Below are positions 47,068 to 57,030 of a stretch of 64,000 bases of DNA, in pieces. This DNA is from Candidatus Hydrogenedentota bacterium (GTDB lineage: Bacteria > Hydrogenedentota > Hydrogenedentia > Hydrogenedentales > SLHB01). A program made the translations under genes and the position numbers. Each line of letters opens with the position of its first letter. Positions within the stretch are counted from its first letter, which is position 1. Below the pieces are notes generated by a model that searched no databases, was not told the origin of the DNA, and saw only the letters and a list, made by a program, of their open reading frames with translations. Location: NCBI GenBank assembly GCA_045863335.1, contig BTVY01000033.1:14243-78242 (forward strand), in the 5' to 3' direction.

Positions 47068-50010
47068 ATGATTCGATCCTGGCGAATCGGCGTGCTCGCC
47101 GGACTTGCAATGGGTAGCGCGTTGGCCTCGGTTGCCGAACCCGCGGCTGTTGATGATATCGCGGACGCGCTTGCCGACGGGCTTCGTGTCACCGAGCGCG
47201 ATCCGGCCGCAGCCGAGGCGCTTGAATCGTTCCTCAATGAGACGGACACTTCTGCCGAGTCCCTCGGCGCAACGTTGTTCCAAGAGAATGTCCAGCCCGT
47301 CTTTGCCGAACACTGCTATTCCTGCCACGGTCCCGACAAACAGAAGGGCGGACTTCGCCTGGACGTACCGACCGCCATCGAAGTGGGGGGAGCGCATGGC
47401 GCGGTCGTCATGCCCGGCGATCCGGAGAACAGCCGGCTTGTCGAAGCGATTCGTTACGCGAACCCCGATTTGCAGATGCCGCCCAAAGCGCCGCTGCCAG
47501 ACGATGCTGTCGCGGCCATCGAACAGTGGATAGCCTCGGGCGCGCCCTGGCCGGGCGCCGACGACGCCATGGCGGCCGCGGAAGCGCGCGTGCGCGAAGA
47601 GGTCGAAACGTCGGAGAGGTTTTGGGCGTTTCGGCCAGTGGTGAGACCGGAGGTTCCGGGCGCCTCGAAGGCGGAATGGATTTCCAATCCGATCGATGCA
47701 TTTGTCCTGGCGCGGTTGACAGAGCAAGGTCTCGCTCCGTCGGACCAGGCCGACCGCCGCACCTTGATTCGCCGTGTGTATCTGGACGTGCTCGGGCTAC
47801 CACCCCCGCCCGAAGAAGTCGATGCCTTTGTTGCCGATCCGGATCCCGGCGCGTATGAGCGCCTCGTGGATCAGGTGCTCGCTTCGCCCCACTACGGCGA
47901 GCGTTGGGCGCGTCATTGGCTGGACGTCGTGCGGTTTGCCGAAACGACCGGTTTTGAAACCAATCTGCCCAGGAGGAACGCGTGGCACTACCGCGACTAC
48001 GTCATTGAGGCGCTCAATGCGGACAAGTCCTACACGGAATTCGTTCGCGAGCAAATCGTGGGCGACGCGTTCGGCGCGACCCGGGCGACGGGTTTCCTCG
48101 TGGGCGGTCCGGACGACAAGGTGAAGAGTCCCGATATCGTGCTCACGAGGAACCAGCGCGACGGCGAGTTGCACGACATGGTTTCGACCATCGGCGGAGC
48201 CTTTCTCGGCCTTACGGTCGGGTGTGCAAAGTGCCACGATCACAAGTTCGATCCCATCTCCCAGCGCGACTACTACCGCATGCGGGCCATGATCGCCGGC
48301 GTGAAGCATGGCGAACAGGAACTGCCGGACCCCAATCGCGAGAAGCGGCTGGCGAAGGTGGACGAGGCCCAATCGGAATTGCGCGCTATTGAGTCGGAGT
48401 TGCTCAAATTCGTCCCCATGGCCCGCGTGGACGCCGGCGAACCGGCGCGGCCGCCGGTTTCTTCGCTGGGTAATGTCGAGCGTTTTGAACCGGTCGAAGC
48501 GCGATTTGTCCGCTTCACCGTTCTCGGCACGTCCGATGCCGAACCCTGTATCGACGAGTTGGAGATTTACACCGCGGGCGAGGAACCTGTTAACGTGGCC
48601 TTGGCGAGCGCCGGGGCGACCGCGACTGCTTCCAGCGAATTCGTGAACAACGCGAAGCACAAGACCATCCACCTGAACGACGGCAAGTACGGCAATGACT
48701 TCAGTTGGATTCCCAAGGAACACCAGGATGCCTGGGCGCAGATCGAGCTTCCGGATACCTTCACGATCGATCGCATCGCCTGGGCGCGGGACCGCAATGG
48801 TTCGTTCAAGGATCGCCTGGCCATCGCGTATCGCATCGAAGTCGCGATCGAACCCGGCCAATGGCGAATCGTTGCCACGTCCGAGGACCGTGCTAAGTAC
48901 AAGCCAGGCGTGGAGGTGCCCGCACACTATTACGCGTCGAAACCGGAAGACGCCAAAGAATTGGAATCCTTGCTCGCGAAAAAGGAACAGTTGCAGAAGA
49001 AGATCAATCGTCTATCCGCGGTTCCCATGGTGTACGCGGGACAGTTCGAGGAGCCTGAACCCACACGCATTCTCCAGCGCGGCGACCCCATGAGCGAAGG
49101 CGATGTCGTGGTTCCAGGGACTCCCAAGCTGGTTGGAGCGTCCTGCGATTTGCCCGCGGACTCACCGGAGCAGGAACGCCGCCGCGCCTTGGCGGATTGG
49201 ATTGCGAGCCCTGACAACCCCTTTACCGCGCGGGTCATCGTCAATCGCATCTGGCAACATCACTTCGGCCGCGGCATCGTCGATACACCGAGTGATTTCG
49301 GCGCCATGGGTGCGCGGCCCTCGCATCCGGAGTTGCTCGATTGGCTTTCGTCGGAATTGATAGCGCAGGATTGGCGATTGAAGTCCATGCATCGCATGAT
49401 TCTGTTGTCGAGCACCTATCGCCAGTCCGCGGTCCCGAGATCGGACGCCTTAGCCGTGGACGCCGATTCGCGGTACTTATGGCGCTTCCCGCCGCGCCGT
49501 CTCGAAGCGGAGCCGCTGCGCGATTCCATTCTGGCGGTCAGCGGCGCGTTGAATCGGACCATGGGCGGACCCGGTTACGATGTCTTCGAGCCGGACGATA
49601 GCTACGTGCACATCTACGTGCCGAAAGAAGAATTCGCTCCCGGCGACCTGCGGCGCATGATCTATCAGTGGAAGCCGCGCGTCGAACAGGACATTACCTT
49701 CGGTGTTTTTGATTGTCCCGATGCCACGCAAGCCACGCCCAAGCGCGTCAGTAGCACCTCGCCGCTCCAGGCCTTGAGCCTGTTGAACAGCCCGTTTATG
49801 AACGCGCAGGCAGAAGTATTCGCCGGGCGACTCAAGAACGAAGCGGGGGAGACCATCGAGGATCAAGTTCGCCGCGCATTTCTGCTGGCCTTCGGCCGTG
49901 AACCGGATTCGGAGGAAACCGCGGCGTCGGCAGCATTTGTCCGAGACCGTGGGCTAATCCTGTTTTGCCGCGCGTTGTACAGCGCGAACGAGTTTCTCTA
50001 CCTCAACTAG
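47068..50010 (+). CDS. Planctomycete cytochrome c + DUF1549/DUF1553 (PSD1) protein with discoidin-like insert
   Basis: CYSCH, NPIDAF, YGERWARHWLD, CAKCHDHKFDPI, NRIWQHHFGRG, HPELLDWL, PLQALSLLN. Confidence 0.92.
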   Translation: MIRSWRIGVLAGLAMGSALASVAEPAAVDDIADALADGLRVTERDPAAAEALESFLNETDTSAESLGATLFQENVQPVFAEHCYSCHGPDKQKGGLRLDVPTAIEVGGAHGAVVMPGDPENSRLVEAIRYANPDLQMPPKAPLPDDAVAAIEQWIASGAPWPGADDAMAAAEARVREEVETSERFWAFRPVVRPEVPGASKAEWISNPIDAFVLARLTEQGLAPSDQADRRTLIRRVYLDVLGLPPPPEEVDAFVADPDPGAYERLVDQVLASPHYGERWARHWLDVVRFAETTGFETNLPRRNAWHYRDYVIEALNADKSYTEFVREQIVGDAFGATRATGFLVGGPDDKVKSPDIVLTRNQRDGELHDMVSTIGGAFLGLTVGCAKCHDHKFDPISQRDYYRMRAMIAGVKHGEQELPDPNREKRLAKVDEAQSELRAIESELLKFVPMARVDAGEPARPPVSSLGNVERFEPVEARFVRFTVLGTSDAEPCIDELEIYTAGEEPVNVALASAGATATASSEFVNNAKHKTIHLNDGKYGNDFSWIPKEHQDAWAQIELPDTFTIDRIAWARDRNGSFKDRLAIAYRIEVAIEPGQWRIVATSEDRAKYKPGVEVPAHYYASKPEDAKELESLLAKKEQLQKKINRLSAVPMVYAGQFEEPEPTRILQRGDPMSEGDVVVPGTPKLVGASCDLPADSPEQERRRALADWIASPDNPFTARVIVNRIWQHHFGRGIVDTPSDFGAMGARPSHPELLDWLSSELIAQDWRLKSMHRMILLSSTYRQSAVPRSDALAVDADSRYLWRFPPRRLEAEPLRDSILAVSGALNRTMGGPGYDVFEPDDSYVHIYVPKEEFAPGDLRRMIYQWKPRVEQDITFGVFDCPDATQATPKRVSSTSPLQALSLLNSPFMNAQAEVFAGRLKNEAGETIEDQVRRAFLLAFGREPDSEETAASAAFVRDRGLILFCRALYSANEFLYLN

Positions 50011-50195
50011 GGAATCGGCATGATTGATTTCGGAAAACTTAGCGTACGGTCAACGAGATCATCGAGTGCGGGAAGTTTCACGTTCTCGTGGCTTCTGCGT
50101 GACCCCATGCATATCCGGCGAATCTGCCGCGCACAGTGGCAGTATCTGACGCAACACGCAGCGCCCCACTCGACAATGTATACCGGAGATTTCGT

Positions 50196-51674
50196 ATGAC
50201 GCCCTTGTCGCATCATGGCCGTTATCTTCTGGACCGGCGATCGTTCCTGCAGTACGCGGGAACGGGTCTCGGAAGCATCGCCTTGGCTGCCCTCCTGGGC
50301 GAGGACAAGGTGTTGGCGTCTGATGAGGTGCAGCCCATCCGTCCGGTACTCGATCCGGCCGCGCCCATGGCGCCCCGCGCACCGCATTTCTCGCCGCGGG
50401 CGACCAAGGTGCTCATGATCTTCTGCTCCGGCGCGGTCAGCCACGTGGACAGTTGGGACTACAAGCCGGAGCTGATCAAGCGCGACGGGCAACCCATGCC
50501 CGGCGGCGGCGAGCTGATCACGTTTCAGGGTGAACAGGGAAACCTCACGAAACCGCTTTGGGAGTTCAAACAGCGCGGGGAGTGTGGCAAGTACGCGTCG
50601 GATCTCCTGCCCCACATGGCCGAACTCGTCGACGACTTCTGCTTTATCCATTCCATGACCGCCCGCAGCAACACGCACGGCCCGGCCGAAAGCCAGATGA
50701 ACACGGGTTTCACGTTGGACGGTTTCCCGAGCATGGGGTCCTGGGTGTCGTACGCCTTGGGCGCGGAGACGAACGATCTGCCGGCCTACGTCGCCATTCC
50801 TGACCCGCGCGGCGTGCCTCAGATGGGACCGAACAGTTGGTCTGCGGGATTCCTCCCCGCCGTGTTTCAGGGCGTGCCCTTCGGCGCGGACAAACCCATC
50901 CCGCACCTCGCGACGCCGGAGTCCATCAGCGCCGGCGACGATCGCGCCACGCAGGACTTTCTCAAGTTCCTGAACGAGAAGCACCTCGAACAGTACCCCG
51001 GCGATACGGAACTCAGCGCGCGAATCGCGAGTTACGAATTGGCCGCGCGCATGCAACTACGTGCTGCCGAGGTCAGCGATTTCTCCACGGAATCCGCCGC
51101 CACGCGCCGTATGTATTGTGTCGAGGATCAGAACGAACTCAAAGCCGGATTCGGCAAGAATTGCCTGCTGGCGCGGCGACTGTTGGAACGGGGCGTGCGA
51201 TTTGTCCAGTTGTTCAACGGCGCCTACGCTATGGGGGAAGGCGTCGGCAACTGGGACGGCCACAAGGTGCTGCACGAGCAATACAGCGTTCATGCGCCGA
51301 TTCTGGACGAGCCCTGCGCCGCTTTGCTCAAGGACATGAAGGCGCGCGGACTACTGGATGACACGTTGGTCGTCTGGGCTACGGAGTTCGGTCGCATGCC
51401 CACGTTCCAGAAAGGCGCCAGCGGCCGCGATCACAATCCCAACGGGTTCACCGTGTTTCTCACCGGCGCCGGGGTCAAACGCGCCTTCAGCTACGGCGCC
51501 ACCGACGAGTTCGGCTACAAGGCCGTGGAGAACGTGACCACCATCTACGACCTCCACGCCACCATCCTGCACCTGCTCGGCCTGAACCACAAACAACTGA
51601 CCTTCTACCACAACGGCATCGAGCGACGCTTGACCGACGTGCATGGGAAGATTATCCAGCCCATCCTGGCGTAG
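50196..51674 (+). CDS. DUF1501 domain protein
   Basis: RRSFL twin-arginine-like N-terminus, [48 protein letters not shown]. Confidence 0.92.
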   Translation: MTPLSHHGRYLLDRRSFLQYAGTGLGSIALAALLGEDKVLASDEVQPIRPVLDPAAPMAPRAPHFSPRATKVLMIFCSGAVSHVDSWDYKPELIKRDGQPMPGGGELITFQGEQGNLTKPLWEFKQRGECGKYASDLLPHMAELVDDFCFIHSMTARSNTHGPAESQMNTGFTLDGFPSMGSWVSYALGAETNDLPAYVAIPDPRGVPQMGPNSWSAGFLPAVFQGVPFGADKPIPHLATPESISAGDDRATQDFLKFLNEKHLEQYPGDTELSARIASYELAARMQLRAAEVSDFSTESAATRRMYCVEDQNELKAGFGKNCLLARRLLERGVRFVQLFNGAYAMGEGVGNWDGHKVLHEQYSVHAPILDEPCAALLKDMKARGLLDDTLVVWATEFGRMPTFQKGASGRDHNPNGFTVFLTGAGVKRAFSYGATDEFGYKAVENVTTIYDLHATILHLLGLNHKQLTFYHNGIERRLTDVHGKIIQPILA

Positions 51675-51720
51675 TTTTCCAGAACCTGAGTTGGATTCTT
51701 AGACACCATGGCCGTTTCCA

Positions 51721-51948
51721 ATCGGTATCGGTATCGGTATCGGTATCGGGATCGGTATCGGTATCGGTATCGGTATCGGTATCGGTATCGGTATCGGGAT
51801 CGGTATCGGTATCGGGATCGGTATCGGTATCGGGATCGGGATCGGTATCGGGATCGGGATCGAAATCGGTATCGGGATCGAAATCGGTATCGGGATCCTA
51901 TCGCTCCCGTCTTTCGATACCGATCCCGATAGCGATTTCGATACCGAT
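51721..51948. repeat. Hexamer hairpin element 1: 29x ATCGNN, spacer, 6x NNCGAT
   Basis: Direct units 51721-51894 (NN = GT, GG, AA), then ATCCT ATCGCT; inverted units 51913-51948. Confidence 0.95.
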
Positions 51949-52053
51949 ACGAACCTGACAGGTCAGCGGTATGGCGGAGTAAAGGCCTCTTCGACATTCC
52001 ACTGTCGCGTCGGCTAGATTATCTCCCGTGCACAAATCAGGGAGTAATCGATC

Positions 52054-53421
52054 ATGGGAATCGCCATTCGAAGTCTATTCGTAGTCACTGCGCTAGCAAT
52101 TGTCATGTCAGCACGACCGGCAAACGCGCTCCGAATCGCCACGTTCTCCACCGAAGTCACCTGTCCCATGGGGCATGCCCTCATGGGCGGCGGCATCATG
52201 CCCGCGAAGAATGTCGTCGATCCCTTGTATGCCAACGGCCTCGTGCTCCTCGGCGCGGGCGACCCGATTGTCATCGTGGTGATAGATTGGTGCGAGATCC
52301 GCAACGACGCCTACGATTACTTCCGCGACGAAGTCGCAAAGGCCGCCGGCACGACGCGCGAGCGCGTGCTCCTGTCGGCCGTCCATCAGCACGACACGCC
52401 GATCCCCGACTTCACGGCGCAGCGATTGCTCGATGAGCAGGGACTGCCCAATGCGCTCTGTGATGTTCCCTATGTGAAGGACTCCATCGAACGTGTGTGC
52501 CATGCCCTGCGCGTGTCCCTGGAAGCGCCGCGGAACGTGACCCACTACGGCACCGGGCAGGCCGAGGTCGAAGGTGTTGCGTCCAACCGCCGCGTTGTGG
52601 CCGGCGACGGTTCCGTATCCTTCCCGCGCAACAGCGCGACCGGCGATCCCGCCATTCGCGACGCGCCCATCGGCACCCATGACCCGCAACTCAAGACGCT
52701 GAGTTTCTGGGATGGCGATCAGGCTATCGCAGCGCTGAACTTCTATGCCGTGCATCCCATGAGTTACTACGGCAAGGGCGGCGTCTCGGCGGACTTTGTC
52801 GGCATGGCGCGCCGCCAACGCCAGGCAGACGATCCCGCCGTTCACCAGTTCTACATTTCCGGGTGCAGCGGCGACGTGACCGCGGGCAAGTACAACGACG
52901 GCGCTTTTCAGAACCGCGCCGTGCTCGCGCAACGAATCCACGACGCCATGTCCGCCGCGGGGGACGCAACCGAGAAGCATCCCGTGGAGGATGTCACCTT
53001 CCGCGTGGCCAAGATGTCGCTAGAGCCCAAGACGACCGAGGGGTTTTCCGAGGAGGAGATGAAAACCGTCCTCGCGGATACGTCGCGTACGACCTTCGAT
53101 CGAATTCTCGCCGCCATGGGGTTGAGTTGGCGCATGCGGCTCGACCAACCCATTGATGTGCCCGCCATCGACTTCGGCAGCGCGCAGTATCTGCTCATGC
53201 CCGCGGAATCCTTCGTCGGGTATCAGCTCATGGCGCAGGAACTCGCGCCGGACGAGTTCATCGTCACGGCGGGATACGGCGAATGCGCGCCCGGTTACAT
53301 CCCCACCGCACAGGCGACGGAGGAGAAGTTTAACGACCATCATTCCTGGTGCTGGGTCGGTCCCGGCGCGGAAGAACGCATGCGCGCCGCCATGGCCGAA
53401 GCGCTGGGCGTAACACCGTAG
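52054..53421 (+). CDS. Exported protein of unknown function, neutral/alkaline ceramidase-like N-terminal fold
   Basis: Signal peptide, DPLYA, HQHD, YAVHP, GCSGDV. Confidence 0.6.
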   Translation: MGIAIRSLFVVTALAIVMSARPANALRIATFSTEVTCPMGHALMGGGIMPAKNVVDPLYANGLVLLGAGDPIVIVVIDWCEIRNDAYDYFRDEVAKAAGTTRERVLLSAVHQHDTPIPDFTAQRLLDEQGLPNALCDVPYVKDSIERVCHALRVSLEAPRNVTHYGTGQAEVEGVASNRRVVAGDGSVSFPRNSATGDPAIRDAPIGTHDPQLKTLSFWDGDQAIAALNFYAVHPMSYYGKGGVSADFVGMARRQRQADDPAVHQFYISGCSGDVTAGKYNDGAFQNRAVLAQRIHDAMSAAGDATEKHPVEDVTFRVAKMSLEPKTTEGFSEEEMKTVLADTSRTTFDRILAAMGLSWRMRLDQPIDVPAIDFGSAQYLLMPAESFVGYQLMAQELAPDEFIVTAGYGECAPGYIPTAQATEEKFNDHHSWCWVGPGAEERMRAAMAEALGVTP

Positions 53422-53525
53422 CTTGGCTTACGAAGTATCTCTCTGCGATGCGATCAGACTTCCACGCTGTCAGCCGGGTGGAGGGTTGTATTGATCGCGC
53501 ATGCAAAGAAGCATATGGCCGATTC

Positions 53526-53686
53526 GAAGAACATCCCCCTTATCCCCCTTCAAAGGGGGAATTGGCCCGCAACGCTCCGCGTTGCTCTTTTTGTCCCAAG
53601 TAGCCTGATTCCGTGCATGTTAAGACACTTATGCTGAAAGATGTGCACAGTTCCCCCTTTGAAGGGGGTAAGGGGGATGTTTCTTC
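53526..53686. repeat. Inverted ~36-bp repeat pair, each with a CCCCCTTCAAAGGGGG hairpin (REP/MITE-like)
   Basis: 53526-53561 GAAGAACATCCCCCTTATCCCCCTTCAAAGGGGGAA; 53651-53686 is a near-exact reverse complement. Confidence 0.85.
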
Positions 53687-53747
53687 TTAAACTCACATCG
53701 ACTACGCCGCAGTACTAAGTTCGCGTTATGACAGCACCGCCAAATCC

Positions 53748-54506
53748 CTACATCGCCATAAATCCGCCGTCGACGATCATCTCCGCGCCGGTCATCCAAC
53801 TGGATTCGTCGGAGGCTAGAAAGAGCGCGGCGTTGGCGATGTCGCGCGCGGTGCCGAGGCGCTTGATCGGGATCTCGTTGGCGATGGCTTTCCGTTTGTC
53901 GTCGTTGAGATACGGCGCCTGCAACGGCGTGTCGATGAACCCGGGATGGATGACGTTGCAGCGGACCTGATCGGCCGCAAACTGAATCGCCAGCGACTTG
54001 CACAGCGAAATCATCGCGCCCTTGGCGCAGGTATACGAATCCTGTGCCAGCGTAAACCCGGCCAGCGCGGAGATGGAACCCACCAGGATGATCGAGCCGC
54101 CGCCCGCTTTCTTCAACTCCGGGATGCCATGCTTGGTCAGGAAGAAGGGCCCCTTGAGGTTGATCGCCTGCACGAGGTCCCAGTTTTCTTCCGTGGTGTC
54201 GATGACCGATTTGTCCCGGTCTTTCCAGAGCACGCCCGCGTTGGAATAGAGGATGTGCAGCGCGCCGAAGGTCTTGACGCCTTCGCCGATGGCCTTCTTC
54301 ACATCCGATTCCTTGCTGACATCGCCCTGCACGAACAAGGCCTTGCCGCCCGTGGCCTCCACCAGCTTGGCGGTTTCCTGCCCGGCCTCGGCATTCATGT
54401 CGAACACGACGACTTTCGCGCCTTCCTGGGCAAACAGAATCGACGCTTCGCGCCCCATCCCCAATCCCGCGCCGGTAATGATGGCAACTTTGTCCTTCAG
54501 TCTCAC
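53748..54506 (-). CDS. Short-chain dehydrogenase/reductase
   Basis: ITGAGLGMG, NAG, YTCAK (YxxxK), PGFIDT, VDGG; own GTG start at 54506 with GGAG. Confidence 0.92.
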   Translation of the reverse strand: MRLKDKVAIITGAGLGMGREASILFAQEGAKVVVFDMNAEAGQETAKLVEATGGKALFVQGDVSKESDVKKAIGEGVKTFGALHILYSNAGVLWKDRDKSVIDTTEENWDLVQAINLKGPFFLTKHGIPELKKAGGGSIILVGSISALAGFTLAQDSYTCAKGAMISLCKSLAIQFAADQVRCNVIHPGFIDTPLQAPYLNDDKRKAIANEIPIKRLGTARDIANAALFLASDESSWMTGAEMIVDGGFMAM

Positions 54507-54941
54507 GGTTCTTCGCTCCATTTCTACTGTTGCTGATGCGCGCTGCTCGTTGAAGACATTGCCCGCGACGGATTGCACGTGAGCTACTAGTTTCTCAATG
54601 CAATCAACGGTCTCCAGGCGATCCAAAGAGCGGTGCAGTTCCAGGGTCTCGTAACGAAACATCACGGCGAAATCGGAAAGATCGACGAGTGGCAGGAAAG
54701 CGTCCGGAATACGTTCGCCGCAATCTTCCAACTTCCCAACAAGGTAATCGAGGTCGTGTGTCTTTATAACTGCGGCGCCGAGTGAGGCAAGCCAACATTT
54801 GAACAGCTTTTCTACAGCCTGCTGCGCATGAAAGCCAAAGATTTCGTCGGAGAAATCCTCCGACGCGCCCATCGCGCGTAACGCGCGCAAATCCTCCTCC
54901 GCTTTACGGAGAAACCTGGGTGTTTCCCCGTCGCCGATCAT
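54507..54941 (-). CDS. HEPN domain protein; no stop codon, continues in frame into the SDR (ORF 53748-54941)
   Basis: KAEEDL, GFHAQQAVEKLFK, KTHDL, FAVMFRY. Confidence 0.85.
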
Positions 54942-55263
54942 ACAGTGTCCGTCCCCCCGCCAGACTTCTTGTCACCACGTGTTCCGGCTCACCACGAAGC
55001 CGGGCGATTTCATCGGCGCTGTACAGCAGAATATCCTTCGGTACACGATACCCGTGAAGGGCCGAACGGATTTTCGATATCTCAGACCACCGGCTTCGGT
55101 TGTCCTGGTATCGGCGGTTTGTTACCACGAGGAGGTCGACATCGGTTTCCGCTGAAGTCTCGCGATCCACACGTGAACCGAAGAGTACGACACGTTCAGG
55201 CGAGACGGTATCGACGATGGCCTTCGTCATTTCTGACAGAATCTCATCCGTTACGTTTGTCAT
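54904..55263 (-). CDS. Minimal nucleotidyltransferase (MNT) of an MNT-HEPN pair
   Basis: VLFGSR, DVDLLVV, KDIL; overlaps HEPN start. Confidence 0.88.
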   Translation of the reverse strand: MTNVTDEILSEMTKAIVDTVSPERVVLFGSRVDRETSAETDVDLLVVTNRRYQDNRSRWSEISKIRSALHGYRVPKDILLYSADEIARLRGEPEHVVTRSLAGGRTLYDRRRGNTQVSP

Positions 55264-55302
55264 CTTCTGTCTCGTGTCAATTGGTTCCTGCCTACAACGT
55301 TA

Positions 55303-55311
55303 AGTATACCA
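55303..55311 (-). promoter_or_regulatory. Extended -10 element for MNT-HEPN
   Basis: Minus-strand TGGTATACT about 40 nt before the MNT ATG. Confidence 0.55.
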
Positions 55312-55359
55312 GATTGGTAACCTCGGGCATGGTAAATACCGCTCGCCCGTCGCCATGCA

Positions 55360-56703
55360 CTAGATCAGCTCGAAATACCGGCGTCGCTCCCAATCCGTTA
55401 CGTACTTTTCGAACTCCGCGATTTCCCAGCGGGCCACACCCACGTAATGATCGACCACGTTGTCGCCCAGCAACGCGCGGACGGTTTCGCTCCGGTCGAG
55501 CGCCTCCGTCGCCTGGGTTAGGTTTCGGTGCAGTGACGGGGGATTGTCCAACTCGTATGCGTTGGCCTCGACAAACGGTCCCACGGGTTCCAGCTCATTC
55601 TCGATCCCATGTAATCCCGACGCAATCATGGCCGCGTAGATCAGGTGCGAATTCGCATCGGACCCGGGAATGCGGTTTTCGAGCCGCATAGACTTGCCGT
55701 GCCCTGCGACGCGGAAGGAGGTTGTCCGGTTGTCTCCACCCCACGTGACGTTGCTCGGCGCGAAGGAAAGATCCTCGATGCGCTTGTAGGAGTTGATGCT
55801 CGGCATGTAGAAGAGTTGGAGATCCTTGCACATCGCCATCATGCCGCCCAGGAAATGGCGCATGGTCTTCGACATGTGGTGCTCGCCCTTTTCATCGGGA
55901 AAGGCCGGCGTGTCGCCGTTCCAGAGGCTCATATGAACATGCGCGCCGTTTCCGGAATGGGCCGAATCCCATTTCGCCATGAACGTAGCCTGAATGTCGT
56001 TCAACGCGGCCATCTCGCGCACACAGTGCTTGAAGATGACGTGCCGGTCCGCGATCTCGAGCACGTCACCGTACACGAGATTGATCTCGAATTGTCCGTG
56101 GCCCCATTCCGCCTTGTTGCATTCGATGTCGACGTTTGACGCGGCGAGCGCCCGGCGGATGGGCCCGATGATCCACTCGTCCATGGAGGAACGGAAGATG
56201 GAATAGTCGGAGATGTACCGCGACATGGGTTCGAGATTGCGGTAGTCCTTCGCGCGGGAACCGTCCAGCGTTTCCTTGAACAAAAAGAACTCGATCTCCG
56301 GCGCGGCCTTGACGGTGAACCCCATCGCCTTGGCCTTCTCGACCTGCTTGCGCAAGAGCGAACGCGGGGCGATATCCACCAGATTGCCGTCGTGATCGTA
56401 CGTGTCGAAGATGACCAGGGCAGTCTTGTCGAACCACGCATACTTGCGCAACGTCGACCAGTCGGGCACCCCCGTCATGTCCCCGTAGCCCTTGTGCCAG
56501 CCGGTGAACTCCAGGCCCGGAATGAGCATCCGCTCGATGTCCCACCCAAAGTTGCAGTCGCAGGTGTGCACGCCCTGGTGCAAGTCGTTTAGAAACGCCG
56601 CAGCCGCGCAGCGCTTGCCGTATAGGCGCCCCTGAAGGTCAATGCCCGCCGCGATAACCGTATCGACGGATCCGTCCTTAACCCACTTCTCAAGTTCCTT
56701 CAC
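55360..56703 (-). CDS. Glutamine synthetase family protein (gamma-glutamyl-amine ligase-like)
   Basis: DLQGRLYGK, EIEF, EWGHGQFEIN, GNGAHVH, NSYKR, WGGDNR, RLENRIPG, VTDWER. Confidence 0.9.
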   Translation of the reverse strand: MKELEKWVKDGSVDTVIAAGIDLQGRLYGKRCAAAAFLNDLHQGVHTCDCNFGWDIERMLIPGLEFTGWHKGYGDMTGVPDWSTLRKYAWFDKTALVIFDTYDHDGNLVDIAPRSLLRKQVEKAKAMGFTVKAAPEIEFFLFKETLDGSRAKDYRNLEPMSRYISDYSIFRSSMDEWIIGPIRRALAASNVDIECNKAEWGHGQFEINLVYGDVLEIADRHVIFKHCVREMAALNDIQATFMAKWDSAHSGNGAHVHMSLWNGDTPAFPDEKGEHHMSKTMRHFLGGMMAMCKDLQLFYMPSINSYKRIEDLSFAPSNVTWGGDNRTTSFRVAGHGKSMRLENRIPGSDANSHLIYAAMIASGLHGIENELEPVGPFVEANAYELDNPPSLHRNLTQATEALDRSETVRALLGDNVVDHYVGVARWEIAEFEKYVTDWERRRYFELI

Positions 56704-56875
56704 GCTTCACTCCTCCGCCCGGCCCGACCAAAAGCCAAAGAAAATTGCCGTGAGTATGTCACAGGGTCGATTCGGTGCGCAATGGAATTGCGGTCCCAGT
56801 GTCTCCGCGGTATCTCGAGGAATCTGGCTCGGGCAGGCCGTCCCCTGTGAGATACCGACGGTCTTGGGGTTCAAA

Positions 56876-57015
56876 ATCGGTATCGGTATCGGTATCGGTA
56901 TCGCTATCGGGATCGGTATCGGTATCGCTATCGGTATCGGTATCGGTATCGCTATCGGGATCGAAGTGCCAATTAGTGGCTCGATAGCGATCCCGATCCC
57001 GATAGCGATACCGAT
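56876..57015. repeat. Hexamer hairpin element 2: 15x ATCGNN, 14-nt spacer, 6x NNCGAT
   Basis: Direct units 56876-56965 (NN = GT, CT, GG, AA); inverted units 56980-57015. Confidence 0.95.
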
Positions 57016-57030
57016 TTAGAGGAGCCATAC

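Noticed and set aside
51460-51674. Stronger C-ending codon bias at the DUF1501 3' end (possible gene conversion)
   Set aside because: Short and unquantified; may only reflect the conserved C-terminus.
51721-51948. Possible CRISPR array
   Set aside because: Period is 6 nt with no unique spacers, and there are no cas genes.
51605-51997. ORFs encoding RYRYRY-type peptides
   Set aside because: Translations of the stop-free hexamer array; no independent coding evidence.
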